Part shown: piece by piece, positions 9,429 through 18,221 of the stretch
How the letters are laid out: each line of letters starts with the position of its first letter
How positions within the stretch are numbered: position 1 is the first letter of the stretch
NCBI GenBank assembly: GCA_039809625.1
Contig: JBDHVH010000001.1
Span: forward strand, 1 to 29,776
Source of the DNA: Kofleriaceae bacterium
GTDB lineage: Bacteria > Myxococcota_A > Polyangia > Haliangiales > Haliangiaceae
DNA: 29,776 bases
Reading direction: 5' to 3'
Notes under the pieces: generated by a model
Told to the model about the DNA's origin: nothing
Seen by the model: the letters and a program-made list of their open reading frames with translations, nothing else
Databases searched by the model: none
Position numbers and translations under genes: made by a program

Positions 9429-10082
9429 ATGAACCAGCTCACCAACGCCGAGCGCGAGGGACTGGCCGCGTCACACCTGGTGGCGCGGGCCAAAGCCGGA
9501 GATCGGCGCGCGTTCGAGGAGCTGGTGCGCCGGTATCGCAAGCGCATCTTCGCGCTCGCGCTGCACGTAGCCGGCACCAGCAGCGACGCCGACGACATCA
9601 CGCAGGAGGTATTCCTCCGCGCCTACCGCGCGCTGGCGAACTTCGAGGGTCGCTCGGAGTTTTTCACCTGGGTCTATCGCATGACGCTCAACCGCGCGCT
9701 CAACGTGCGCCGGGATCGCGAACGCCGCGGCGAGCGAGTGTCGGAGGACGCCCGAATCGAGCTCGCGGTGGCGGTCGACGCCAAGGGAGACCCCCGCCTC
9801 GAGGCCGAGCTGCGCCAGACCTATGCTCGCCTGCTGCGCGCGCTCGACGCGCTCCCCACCGAGATGCGCACGACCGTGATCTTGGTCTCACTCCAGGGGA
9901 TGTCGCATGGAGAGGCCGCGGTGGTGCAGAAGACCAACGAGGGCACCATCGCGTGGCGCATCCACGAGGCGCGGCGGCGGCTATCGGCCTCGCTGTCGCC
10001 GACCCGCGTCCAGCGCCCGCGCGAGCTCTCCGCCGACTTGGCGCAGCTCCTGCTCGACAACGGCCTGCCGGTCCTGGCGTAG
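9429..10082 (+). CDS. ECF RNA polymerase sigma factor, RpoE-like
   Basis: 217 aa. LVARAKAGDRRAFEELV, DADDITQEVFLRAYRAL..FEGRSEFFTWVYR (region 2); LDALP.EMR..VIL...QGMSHGEAA...GTIAWRIHEARRRL (region 4). Confidence 0.92.
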   Translation: MNQLTNAEREGLAASHLVARAKAGDRRAFEELVRRYRKRIFALALHVAGTSSDADDITQEVFLRAYRALANFEGRSEFFTWVYRMTLNRALNVRRDRERRGERVSEDARIELAVAVDAKGDPRLEAELRQTYARLLRALDALPTEMRTTVILVSLQGMSHGEAAVVQKTNEGTIAWRIHEARRRLSASLSPTRVQRPRELSADLAQLLLDNGLPVLA

Positions 10083-10189
10083 CGCGCCGCCTTGGCGCGG
10101 CGCGGCCCAGCGCTGGCGCAACCAGGGCGGCGCCGAGGTAGGACCGGCAGCGGCTTGGCGCGGCCCCGGTCGTCTGGCACGCTGCGGGC

Positions 10190-10714
10190 ATGTCACGAAC
10201 AAGCTGGATCCTCACCGTCGCGCTGGCCGCGGCGCCCGGATGCTCGCTCATCACCGTGCAGCAAGATCCGTTCCCCGTCATGGAGATCAAAGCGGATCGA
10301 CCCGCGCCGCCACCGGCGCGCGTCGTGCTGACCCCGTCGAGCATCCAGATCGCCGACAAGGTGCAGTTCGCGTTCAACTCGGCGGACCTGTTGCCGGTGT
10401 CCTTCTCGCTGCTCGACGAGGTAGCGAAGATGATGAAGGACAACCCGCAGATCGAGCAGCTCCAGGTCGAGGGCCACACCGACTCGACCGGCACCGCCTC
10501 GCGCAACCGCACCCTCTCGCAGCAACGCGCCGAGTCGGTGCGGTCATACCTGGTCAAGCAAGGCGTCGACAAGAAGCGACTGACCGCCAAGGGCTTCGGC
10601 CCGGAGCGGCCCATCGCCAGCAACGACACCCCTGAAGGCCAGGAGGCCAATCGACGCGTCGAGTTCAACATCCTCAAGCAAGGTCCCAAGAAAGTCCTGG
10701 TGCAAGATGAGTAA
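10190..10714 (+). CDS. OmpA-family (peptidoglycan-binding C-domain) lipoprotein
   Basis: Lipobox-like APGC; KVQFAFNSADL, VEGHTDSTG, NRTLSQQRAESV, KGFGPERPIASN, NRRVEF. Confidence 0.92.
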   Translation: MSRTSWILTVALAAAPGCSLITVQQDPFPVMEIKADRPAPPPARVVLTPSSIQIADKVQFAFNSADLLPVSFSLLDEVAKMMKDNPQIEQLQVEGHTDSTGTASRNRTLSQQRAESVRSYLVKQGVDKKRLTAKGFGPERPIASNDTPEGQEANRRVEFNILKQGPKKVLVQDE

Positions 10715-11084
10715 GGTCACGCTCCCCTCCGTCCTCGTCGCGTGCGCCCTCGCGTTCGCCGGCGTCGGCTGCGGCAAGACCGGCATGGGCGCGGCGGTGC
10801 GCACCGACATCACCACGCGCATGCAGACCGCCGAGCCCGCGATCCAGAGCTGCTACGCCAAGGCTCTGCAGCGCAATCGCAAGCTGCGCGGCATGCTCGT
10901 CCTGTCGATCACCGCCGAGGCCAGCACCGGTCAGTTCAAGAACATCACCCCCACCCGCGACGAGCTCGGCGACGCCGAGCTCAAGACCTGTGTCGTCGAC
11001 GCGGTGGCGCAGCAGAAGCTCGAGAAGCCGCAGAAGACCAACACGACGTTCTCGTACCCGCTGCAGTTCTCCCCAACCAAGTGA
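10707..11084 (+). CDS. Small lipoprotein made of a single AgmX/PglI C-terminal (TonB-C-like) domain
   Basis: Signal with GVGC; 'IQSCYAKALQRNRKLRG.LVLSI...G.F...CV.DAV...L.KP......SYPL.F' pattern with two Cys; 8-nt overlap with the ompA-family gene. Confidence 0.75.
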   Translation: MSKVTLPSVLVACALAFAGVGCGKTGMGAAVRTDITTRMQTAEPAIQSCYAKALQRNRKLRGMLVLSITAEASTGQFKNITPTRDELGDAELKTCVVDAVAQQKLEKPQKTNTTFSYPLQFSPTK

Positions 11085-11539
11085 CCATCGTGGCCAAAGT
11101 CCCGTCGCGCTCGCCGACCCACCTCGACGTCGATCCCAACCGGCTGGCCGCGCTCGGCCTCGAGCTCGAGGAGCTCGCGCGCGATGGCGAGGTCGAGCTC
11201 GCCGAGCTGCTCGAGCTGGCGCAGGATCGCGGCAAGCCGCCCAGCCACTACCTGGCAGCGCTGGCGCTCGCCGACGACCTCAAGCTCCGCTCGTCGGGCG
11301 CCGGCCCGGTCGTCACAGTGTGTGCAGGGAGCTGCCAGCAATGGGGCGCGCTCGACTTGCTCGAGCACCTGGCCGAGCGGTGCGATAGGGATGCGACCTT
11401 CTCCATTGTCCCAGTGGGGTGTCTCGATCGCTGCGATCGTGCCGCAGTCTGTCGCATCGATAGCCGTCAGGGTGTGCTTTTGATCGAAGAGGCAACCGCC
11501 GTCCGCGTCGACGAGGCGTTGGCGGCGCTGGCGCCCTGA
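11081..11539 (+). CDS. NuoE-like / thioredoxin-like [2Fe-2S] ferredoxin protein
   Basis: 152 aa from GTG 11081 (GTGA overlap; GTG 11090 also possible). Helical N-domain, then VCAGSCQQWGA and GCLDRCDRA (four Cys). Confidence 0.7.
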   Translation: MTIVAKVPSRSPTHLDVDPNRLAALGLELEELARDGEVELAELLELAQDRGKPPSHYLAALALADDLKLRSSGAGPVVTVCAGSCQQWGALDLLEHLAERCDRDATFSIVPVGCLDRCDRAAVCRIDSRQGVLLIEEATAVRVDEALAALAP

Positions 11540-11643
11540 CCGCCGGTCCACCGCGCGCCGCGGTGCAGCGCCCCGTTCGCGAACAATTGATCCTCCGCGT
11601 GTTGGTACACCATCGCACGGAAGCTGCTACGGTGTCGCTGCGG

Positions 11644-12327
11644 ATGCTTCGACTGACCAAGGTCAACAAGTACTACCGGGTCGGCGCACACAGCCTGCAC
11701 GTGCTCCGCGACGTCGATCTCGAGATCGCCGAGGGCGAGATGGTCGCGATCATGGGCGCGTCTGGCTCTGGCAAATCGACGCTGCTCAATATCCTGGGCA
11801 TCCTCGACAGCTACGACAGCGGTGAGTACACGCTGGATGGCACGCTCATCCGCGAGCTGTCCGAGGCCAAGGCGGCGCACTATCGCAGCCGCTTCATCGG
11901 CTTCATCTTTCAGTCCTTCAACCTCCTGCCCTACAAGACCGCCGTCGAGAACGTCGCGCTGCCGCTCTACTACCAAGGGGTGCCGCGGCGCAAGCGCAAC
12001 GCGATCGCGCTGACCTACCTCGAGCAGGTCGGCCTGCGCGACTGGGCCGAGCACCGCCCCGCCGAGATGTCCGGTGGTCAAAAGCAACGCGTCGCCATCG
12101 CCCGCGCCCTCATCGGCAAGCCGCGCGTCATCTTGGCGGACGAGCCCACCGGGGCGCTCGACAGTGAGACCAGCAAGCAGATCATGAACCTGCTCGCAGA
12201 GATCCACGGCCGCGGCATCACCGTGGTCGTGGTCACTCACGAGCAGGAGATCGCCGATCGCACCCAGCGCATCATCCGACTCCGCGATGGCAAGGTGGTG
12301 CCGTCGATGCACCAGGCGGCGAGCTAG
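11644..12327 (+). CDS. ABC transporter ATP-binding protein (MacB/LolD type)
   Basis: Walker A GASGSGKS, signature MSGGQKQRV, Walker B ILADEPTGALD, H-loop VTHE. Confidence 0.95.
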   Translation: MLRLTKVNKYYRVGAHSLHVLRDVDLEIAEGEMVAIMGASGSGKSTLLNILGILDSYDSGEYTLDGTLIRELSEAKAAHYRSRFIGFIFQSFNLLPYKTAVENVALPLYYQGVPRRKRNAIALTYLEQVGLRDWAEHRPAEMSGGQKQRVAIARALIGKPRVILADEPTGALDSETSKQIMNLLAEIHGRGITVVVVTHEQEIADRTQRIIRLRDGKVVPSMHQAAS

Positions 12328-12329
12328 CC

Positions 12330-13574
12330 ATGCTGAACCTCGACCACTGGCGCGAGATCCTCGACACCCTGTGGAACAACAAGCTCCGCTCGGTGCTCAC
12401 CGCGTTCGCCATGGCCTGGGGCATCTTCATGCTGGTGTTCCTGCTCGGCTTGGGCAACGGCCTCTCCAACGGCGTGCAGGCGTCGTTCGCCGACGATGCC
12501 ACCAACAGCTTGTGGGTGTTCACCGGCACCACCTCGATCGCGCACCAGGGCATGCCCTTGGATCGCAAGATCACGCTCGACAACGACGACGTCGGCATGG
12601 CCTGGCGCCTGCCGATGGTCGACCATGTCACCGGGCGCTTCTTCATCCAAAGCACCTGGAACAACGAGCTCAAGGTCACCGCCGGCAAGAAGTCGTCGGC
12701 CTTCGACGTCCGCGCCGTCCACCCCGATCACCTGCACCTCGAGCGCACCACGATGGTCGCCGGACGCTACTTGTCGGACATGGACCTAAAGCAACGCGCC
12801 AAGATCGCGGTCATCGGCGTGGACGTCGCCGAGTTCCTCTACGGCGATCGCAACGCGGTTGGCCGCCGGCTCACCATCGGCACCGGCGTCTATCAGGTGG
12901 TGGGGGTCTTCACCGACGAAGGTGGCGAGGGCGAGCGCTCGAAGATCTACGTCCCCATCACCACTGCCCAGGCGGCGTACAACGGCGCCGATCGAGTCAA
13001 CATGATGATGTTCACGGTCGGCGACGCCACTGTCGAGCAGACCGCCGCCATCGAGCAGCGCCTGCGCGCCAACCTCGGCGCCGCCCACCGCTTCGACGCG
13101 ACCGACAAGCAGGCCATCCGCGTCCGCAACAACGTCGAGCAGTCGCGAAGCATCCGCAAGATCTTCGCCATGCTGTCGCAGTTCGTCTGGATCATGGCCG
13201 CCGGCACCATCCTCGCGGGGGTCGTCGGCATCAGCAACATCATGATGATCGTCGTCCGCGAGCGCACCAAGGAGATCGGCATCCGCAAGGCGCTCGGCGC
13301 GCACCCGCGCCACATCGTCGGCTCGGTCGTGCAGGAGGCGGTCACCCTCACCGCCGGCGCTGGCTACCTCGGCCTGTGCGCCGGCGTCGGCGCGCTCCGG
13401 CTCCTGGCGGCGTTCGTCCCAAAAAACGAGATGTTCGCCGACCCGAGCATCGACCTGGGCGTGGCGGTGACCGCGACCCTGGTGCTCATCGCGGCTGGCG
13501 CGCTGGCCGGGCTCTTTCCGGCGCGCGCCGCCGCCCGCGTCAACCCCATCGTCGCGCTGCGAGACGAGGGCTAG
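12330..13574 (+). CDS. ABC transporter permease 1 (MacB periplasmic domain + FtsX domain)
   Basis: NKLRS.LTAFAMAWGIFMLVFLLG TM1, large periplasmic loop, GVVGISNIMMIVVRERTKEIGIRKALGA, P.VALRDE end. Confidence 0.93.
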   Translation: MLNLDHWREILDTLWNNKLRSVLTAFAMAWGIFMLVFLLGLGNGLSNGVQASFADDATNSLWVFTGTTSIAHQGMPLDRKITLDNDDVGMAWRLPMVDHVTGRFFIQSTWNNELKVTAGKKSSAFDVRAVHPDHLHLERTTMVAGRYLSDMDLKQRAKIAVIGVDVAEFLYGDRNAVGRRLTIGTGVYQVVGVFTDEGGEGERSKIYVPITTAQAAYNGADRVNMMMFTVGDATVEQTAAIEQRLRANLGAAHRFDATDKQAIRVRNNVEQSRSIRKIFAMLSQFVWIMAAGTILAGVVGISNIMMIVVRERTKEIGIRKALGAHPRHIVGSVVQEAVTLTAGAGYLGLCAGVGALRLLAAFVPKNEMFADPSIDLGVAVTATLVLIAAGALAGLFPARAAARVNPIVALRDEG

Positions 13575-13580
13575 CGCGCC

Positions 13581-14840
13581 GTGAAGATCTTCGACTTCGA
13601 TACCTGGCAAGAGACCTTGGCCGTGCTGCGCAAGCACCCGCTGCGCACCGGGCTCACCGCGCTCGGCGTGTTCCTCGGCATCTTCATCTTGCTCGCCATG
13701 GTGGGATTTGGCCGCGCGTTCGAGCGCGGCGTCACCAAGGAGATGGCGGGCTTCGCCAACAACTCGGTGTTCGTGTGGGGTCAGCGGACGTCCCTGGCCT
13801 ACTCGGGGCTCCCCCCCGACCGCCCCATCCGCTTCGACAACGGAGACATCGCCGCCCTCGCCGGCCTGCCGGGAGTGGAGCACGTGGCCCCGCGCAACCA
13901 GCGCGGAGGGTTCGGCGGCGGCTCCAACGTTCGCCGCGGAACCAAGACCGGCAGCTTCTCGGTGGCTGGAGACTACCCCCAGTTCCAGCACGTGGTCACC
14001 CCGCTCATGCGCGCCGGCCGATACCTCAACGACGCCGACATCGCGGCGCGTCGCAAGATCTGCGTGATCGGCGAAGGCGTGGTCGAGCAGCTCTTCGAGG
14101 GCGAAAACCCGATCGGCAAGCACATCGAGGCCAGCGGGGTGTACTTCGAGGTCGTCGGGGTGTTCGGGACCCGCAGCAAGGGTGGCCAGGGCGACCGCAT
14201 CCTCAACACCATCCACATCCCGTTCACTACCTTCCAGCAGGCGTTCAACGTCGGCGACTCGGTCGGCTGGTTCGCCATCACCGGGCGCCCCGAGGTCTCG
14301 GCCGAGGAGCTCGAGCGCCAGATCCTAAGCGAGCTCGCCAAGCGCCACCGCTACGACCCCGCCGACAAGCAGGCGGTGGGGAGCTGGAACACCGGCAAGG
14401 AGTTCCGCAAGATCCACACCCTGTTCTGGGTCATCAACCTGGTCTTGTGGATCGCCGGGATCTGTACCCTCGCCGCCGGCGTGGTCGGGGTCAGCAACAT
14501 CATGCTCATCAGCGTGCGCGAGCGCACCAAGGAGCTGGGGGTTCGCAAAGCGCTCGGCGCCAAGCCCGGCGAGATCATCCGTATGATCGTGATGGAGGCG
14601 CTGACCTTGACCCTGGCCGCCGGCTACATGGGCGTCGTCATCGCCATCACCGTGCTCGAGCTCGCCGGCCTCGTCATCTCCAAGCTCGGCGACGACCTCC
14701 CGCTAGGCCCGCCCGATGTCGGCATCGGCATCGCCTTCGCCGCCATGGGCGCCCTCGCGCTCTTCGGCGTGCTCGCCGGCACCCTCCCCGCCTACTACGC
14801 CGCCGCGATCCAACCGGTCGAGGCGCTGCGCACCGAGTGA
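13581..14840 (+). CDS. ABC transporter permease 2 (MacB periplasmic domain + FtsX domain)
   Basis: HPLRTGLTALGVFLGIF, GVVGVSNIMLISVRERTKELGVRKALGA, PVEALRTE end; paralogue of the preceding gene. Confidence 0.93.
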   Translation: MKIFDFDTWQETLAVLRKHPLRTGLTALGVFLGIFILLAMVGFGRAFERGVTKEMAGFANNSVFVWGQRTSLAYSGLPPDRPIRFDNGDIAALAGLPGVEHVAPRNQRGGFGGGSNVRRGTKTGSFSVAGDYPQFQHVVTPLMRAGRYLNDADIAARRKICVIGEGVVEQLFEGENPIGKHIEASGVYFEVVGVFGTRSKGGQGDRILNTIHIPFTTFQQAFNVGDSVGWFAITGRPEVSAEELERQILSELAKRHRYDPADKQAVGSWNTGKEFRKIHTLFWVINLVLWIAGICTLAAGVVGVSNIMLISVRERTKELGVRKALGAKPGEIIRMIVMEALTLTLAAGYMGVVIAITVLELAGLVISKLGDDLPLGPPDVGIGIAFAAMGALALFGVLAGTLPAYYAAAIQPVEALRTE

Positions 14841-14850
14841 CCCAACGACC

Positions 14851-16023
14851 ATGAAGCGCATCGTCACCACCCTCCTCACCCTGATGTTCATCTTCGCGGT
14901 GATCGCCACCGGCTGGTTTCTGTGGACCAAGTCCCGCAAGAAGCCAAAGATCTACGAGACCGAGACCGCGCAGGTCGTCGACATCGTGAAAAAGACGGTG
15001 GCGACCGGCGCCATCGTGCCGCGGCGCGAGGTCGAGATAAAGCCGCGGGTGTCCGGCGTCCTTGACCAGCTCTTCGTCGAGCCGGGGCGGCAGGTCAAGC
15101 TCGGCGACCCGATCGCGAAGATCCGCATCGTGCCCAACGCCGCCGCGCTCAACCGCGCCGAGGCCGACGTGCGCGCGGCACAGATCACGTTTGACAACGC
15201 GCGCCGCGAGCTCGAGCGCAACCAGGCGCTCTATTCCCAAGGCCTGGTGGCGGAGGCCGAGCTGGCCCGCTACCGCACCGACTACTCGCTACGGCAGCAA
15301 GAGCTCGGCGCGGCCACCGCCAACCTGCAGATCGTGCGCGACGGCCAGTCGCGCGCCTCCGACAAGAACTCCAACGTCGTGGTCACCTCCACCGTCGATG
15401 GCATGATCATCGACGTGCCGGTCAAGGTTGGCTTCTCGGTCATCGAGAGCAACAACTTCAACCCCGGCAGCACCATCGCACTGGTGGCCGACATGGACGA
15501 CTTGATCTTCCAGGGCCAGGTCGACGAGTCGGAGGTAGGCAAGATCAAGGAGGGCATGGACCTCAAGATCAAGATCGGCGCGCTAGAGTCCGAGGAGTTC
15601 GCCGGCAAGCTCGAGTACATCGCTCCCAAGGGCAAGGAGATCCAGGGCGCGATCCAGTTCGAGATCCGCGCCGATATCACGAGCAAGCCGGGCGTGTTCA
15701 TCCGCGCCGGCTACTCGGCCAATGCCGACGTGGTGCTCGCCGAGGCCAAGCAGACGCTGGCCGTCCGAGAAGCGCTGGTGACCTACGAGCGCGCGAAGGG
15801 CTCTGACCCTGCCAAGGACGGCCCCGGCAAGGCCACAGTCGAGGTCGAGACCGCGCCTCAGGTGTTCGCCAAACGCGAGGTCAAGCTCGGGATCTCTGAC
15901 GGCATCAACGTGCAGGTGCTCTCGGGCGTCGGCAAGACCGACAAGCTCAAGCTTCCGGACAACGCCGGCCCGTCGCAGGCCCCCGAGGGCCAAGGCAGCG
16001 GCAGCGCGCGTCCGCGGCGCTGA
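14851..16023 (+). CDS. Periplasmic adaptor subunit (MacA/HlyD family membrane fusion protein)
   Basis: N-terminal TM anchor, ATGAIVPRREVEIKPRVSG lipoyl motif, coiled-coil hairpin, STVDGMI, VDESEVGKIKEG, AGYSANADV. Confidence 0.92.
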   Translation: MKRIVTTLLTLMFIFAVIATGWFLWTKSRKKPKIYETETAQVVDIVKKTVATGAIVPRREVEIKPRVSGVLDQLFVEPGRQVKLGDPIAKIRIVPNAAALNRAEADVRAAQITFDNARRELERNQALYSQGLVAEAELARYRTDYSLRQQELGAATANLQIVRDGQSRASDKNSNVVVTSTVDGMIIDVPVKVGFSVIESNNFNPGSTIALVADMDDLIFQGQVDESEVGKIKEGMDLKIKIGALESEEFAGKLEYIAPKGKEIQGAIQFEIRADITSKPGVFIRAGYSANADVVLAEAKQTLAVREALVTYERAKGSDPAKDGPGKATVEVETAPQVFAKREVKLGISDGINVQVLSGVGKTDKLKLPDNAGPSQAPEGQGSGSARPRR

Positions 16024-16024
16024 C

Positions 16025-16049
16025 CCCCGGCGCAGCGAGCGCGCCGGGG
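16025..16049 (+). terminator. GC-rich hairpin just after the ABC operon (possible terminator or stabiliser)
   Basis: CCCCGGCGC-N7-GCGCCGGGG, a 9-bp stem 1 nt after the stop codon; no U-tract. Confidence 0.4.
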
Positions 16050-16278
16050 CTCACCCTCGAGGATCCCACACGGCGGCGCGGGCCTGCGGGGCGAAAGCCG
16101 TCAACGACCGCGCGGCGGCCGGCGCCTGCACTCGGCGCCGACCGAGGGCCAAGCTCCGTCGACTGTGCGGCGCGGCAGGGGCGCTTGTCGCAGATTTCCT
16201 CCCCGGCGGCCGGCGCCGAGCGCGGCTGGCCGGTGGTTGACTTGCTCTCGCCGGGTCGCCCGGTCTACGCTCGGCACG

Positions 16279-16866
16279 ATGTCGGAGGCTCATCTGTCTC
16301 TTCGGGCGGGCGTTGCCCTCGCTGCGCTGGCGGTGACCTCCTCCTGGAGCGCCTCGTCGGCCTGGGCTCGCCCGGCGTCCACCGGGACCTTCGTCGAGGC
16401 GGGGCTCGGAGCCACCGCGTACGTCGGCGGCACCAGCTCGTACTCCAGCGTCGGCCCGACCATGGCGGTGCGGATCGGTCGCGACCTGTTCTCCTGGCTG
16501 TCGCTCGGCGGCTACCTCGGCGCGTCGATCCACGAAGCCACCGTGCCCGCCCCGCCCGAGGGCGAGTACTACCAGCTCTACCGCGGCGGCGCCGACGCCC
16601 GCGTCGGCGGACGCCTCGACCGGATCGCCCTGTTCGTCGAGGGTGGCGCCGGCGTTGCCATGATCTCGACCAATGTGCTCGGAAAGGTCATGGTCACGGA
16701 GCCAGGCGAGCGGTTCTCGTTGCTGGTGCACGGCGGCGCCGGCGCCGAGTATCAGATCGAGAACCGCCACTACGCCTTTGGGCTAGCCCTCGACGGCTGG
16801 CTGGCCGCGCAGTTCGATGGCGCCACCGCCATCGAGAGCCGCCTCTATCTGCGCTACACCTACTAG
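16279..16866 (+). CDS. Small outer-membrane beta-barrel protein (possibly CglE-like)
   Basis: Signal peptide ending AWA; alternating amphipathic strands rich in Gly and aromatics; C-terminal LRYTY aromatic end typical of BAM substrates. Confidence 0.7.
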   Translation: MSEAHLSLRAGVALAALAVTSSWSASSAWARPASTGTFVEAGLGATAYVGGTSSYSSVGPTMAVRIGRDLFSWLSLGGYLGASIHEATVPAPPEGEYYQLYRGGADARVGGRLDRIALFVEGGAGVAMISTNVLGKVMVTEPGERFSLLVHGGAGAEYQIENRHYAFGLALDGWLAAQFDGATAIESRLYLRYTY

Positions 16867-16871
16867 CCGCG

Positions 16872-18221
16872 TCAGCGCAGCGTGCGCCGCCCGGTACCGA
16901 TGAGCTCCTCGAGGATGCGCCGGCACGGCACCTGCACCTCGAGCATACCGATCACCGCCGCCGCCGCCAGCCGTTGCCGCCACAACATGATGGTGCGCGG
17001 CGACAGCACCAGGCCGCCGGCGGCCAGCGCGCGCCCGGTCGCGGTGGCGAGCTCGCGCGCATAGGCGCTGTCGAACACGAAGCGCTCGTCGGAGAACGGG
17101 CGCAAGAGAGCGCGCTCCCACGCCCGATGGACGTCGCCGTGCAGCGAGTCGGTGCGTCGCAGGAGCCCGCCGCGCGCCAGCGCCATGCGAAAGCGCTCAG
17201 CGGCGTCTTGAGCGTCGCGGTCGATTAGCGCCCACCACAGCTCACGGTCGGCCTCCACGACCGCTGGCTCCAGCGCCGCGGTCGCTCCAAAATCGAGGCA
17301 CCACACCCGGATCCCGCGCGGGTCATCCTCGACGAGGAAGTTGCCGGGGTTGGGATCGGTGTTTAGTACCGCGAAGGCCAGCGGCGACCCCCACGCGAAG
17401 CGATAAATGGCCGCCGCGGCGGCCCGCCGCAGCGCGGGCGCACGCTCAGCCTCCAGCGCCATGAGCTGGGGCAACGTGATCCCGCGCGCTCGCGACATCG
17501 TCAGCACGCGCGCCGACGACCGAGCTTCGTCCACCGTCGGGAAGGCCAGCGTCGGCTCGTCGCTCCAGATGGCGCCAAACGCGGTCAACGCCTTGGCCTC
17601 CTGCCGGTAGTCGAGCTCCGCTCGCACCGACTCGACGAGCACCGCCAGCGCCGCCTCATCGACCGCGCCGCCGAGCTGCGCGCCGGCGAGGCGGCGCGCC
17701 AGCGCGGCGTCCGCCAGATCGGCCTCCAGCGCCTTGGCCACCCCGGGATACTGGACCTTCACCACGTAGTCGTTGCCGTCGAGCCCCTGCGCGCCGTGCA
17801 CCTGGCCCAGCGATGCGGCGGCGAGCGGCGCTGGATCGAAACGGGCAAACAGCGAGCTTGGTGACCTCCCGAGGTCCTCCTCGATCACCCGCGTGACCTG
17901 ATCGAGCCCAAGCGACCGCGCCCCGTCCCAGAGCTCCCCCAGCGCGGCGGCTGCGCGGCGCCGAAACCCGCGCTCGGGATCGAGCTCGTCGCCGAACAAA
18001 GCCCCTGGATCGTAGGCTGCGAGCTGCGCCACCTTGGCCAGCGCGCCGTGTGCCGTGTGCGCCTCTTTTGCCAGCGTCGCGGCTGCCGCGTCGTCGACCA
18101 CCGCGTCGTCCTCGTCGCTGCCCGTCGGGTCGGTGGTCAAGATCTGCTTCGCGCGTGCCCACCACCGCGCCAGCGTCACCCGACGCTCCGCGGCACGCCG
18201 GCTCTTGGGGGCCTCGCTCAT
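16872..18221 (-). CDS. AarF/UbiB/ABC1 atypical kinase family protein
   Basis: 449 aa from ATG 18221. PLAAASLGQVH, VVKVQYPGV, ELDYRQEA, DPNPGNFL, LDFG. Confidence 0.88.
   Translation of the reverse strand: MSEAPKSRRAAERRVTLARWWARAKQILTTDPTGSDEDDAVVDDAAAATLAKEAHTAHGALAKVAQLAAYDPGALFGDELDPERGFRRRAAAALGELWDGARSLGLDQVTRVIEEDLGRSPSSLFARFDPAPLAAASLGQVHGAQGLDGNDYVVKVQYPGVAKALEADLADAALARRLAGAQLGGAVDEAALAVLVESVRAELDYRQEAKALTAFGAIWSDEPTLAFPTVDEARSSARVLTMSRARGITLPQLMALEAERAPALRRAAAAAIYRFAWGSPLAFAVLNTDPNPGNFLVEDDPRGIRVWCLDFGATAALEPAVVEADRELWWALIDRDAQDAAERFRMALARGGLLRRTDSLHGDVHRAWERALLRPFSDERFVFDSAYARELATATGRALAAGGLVLSPRTIMLWRQRLAAAAVIGMLEVQVPCRRILEELIGTGRRTLR

Noticed and set aside
10175-10189. Sigma54-like TGGCACG-N4-GGGC before the ompA-family gene
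   Set aside because: The -12 element lacks TT and abuts the ATG, so the TSS would fall inside the signal-peptide coding region.
12287-14854. 855-aa alternative-frame ORF and similar long ORFs (e.g. 22057..24867, 20819..22369, 6283..7650, 11467..12312, 12786..14216)
   Set aside because: Arg/Ala/Pro/Gly-rich or antisense translations overlapping well-supported genes; expected stop-poor frames in very high-GC DNA.
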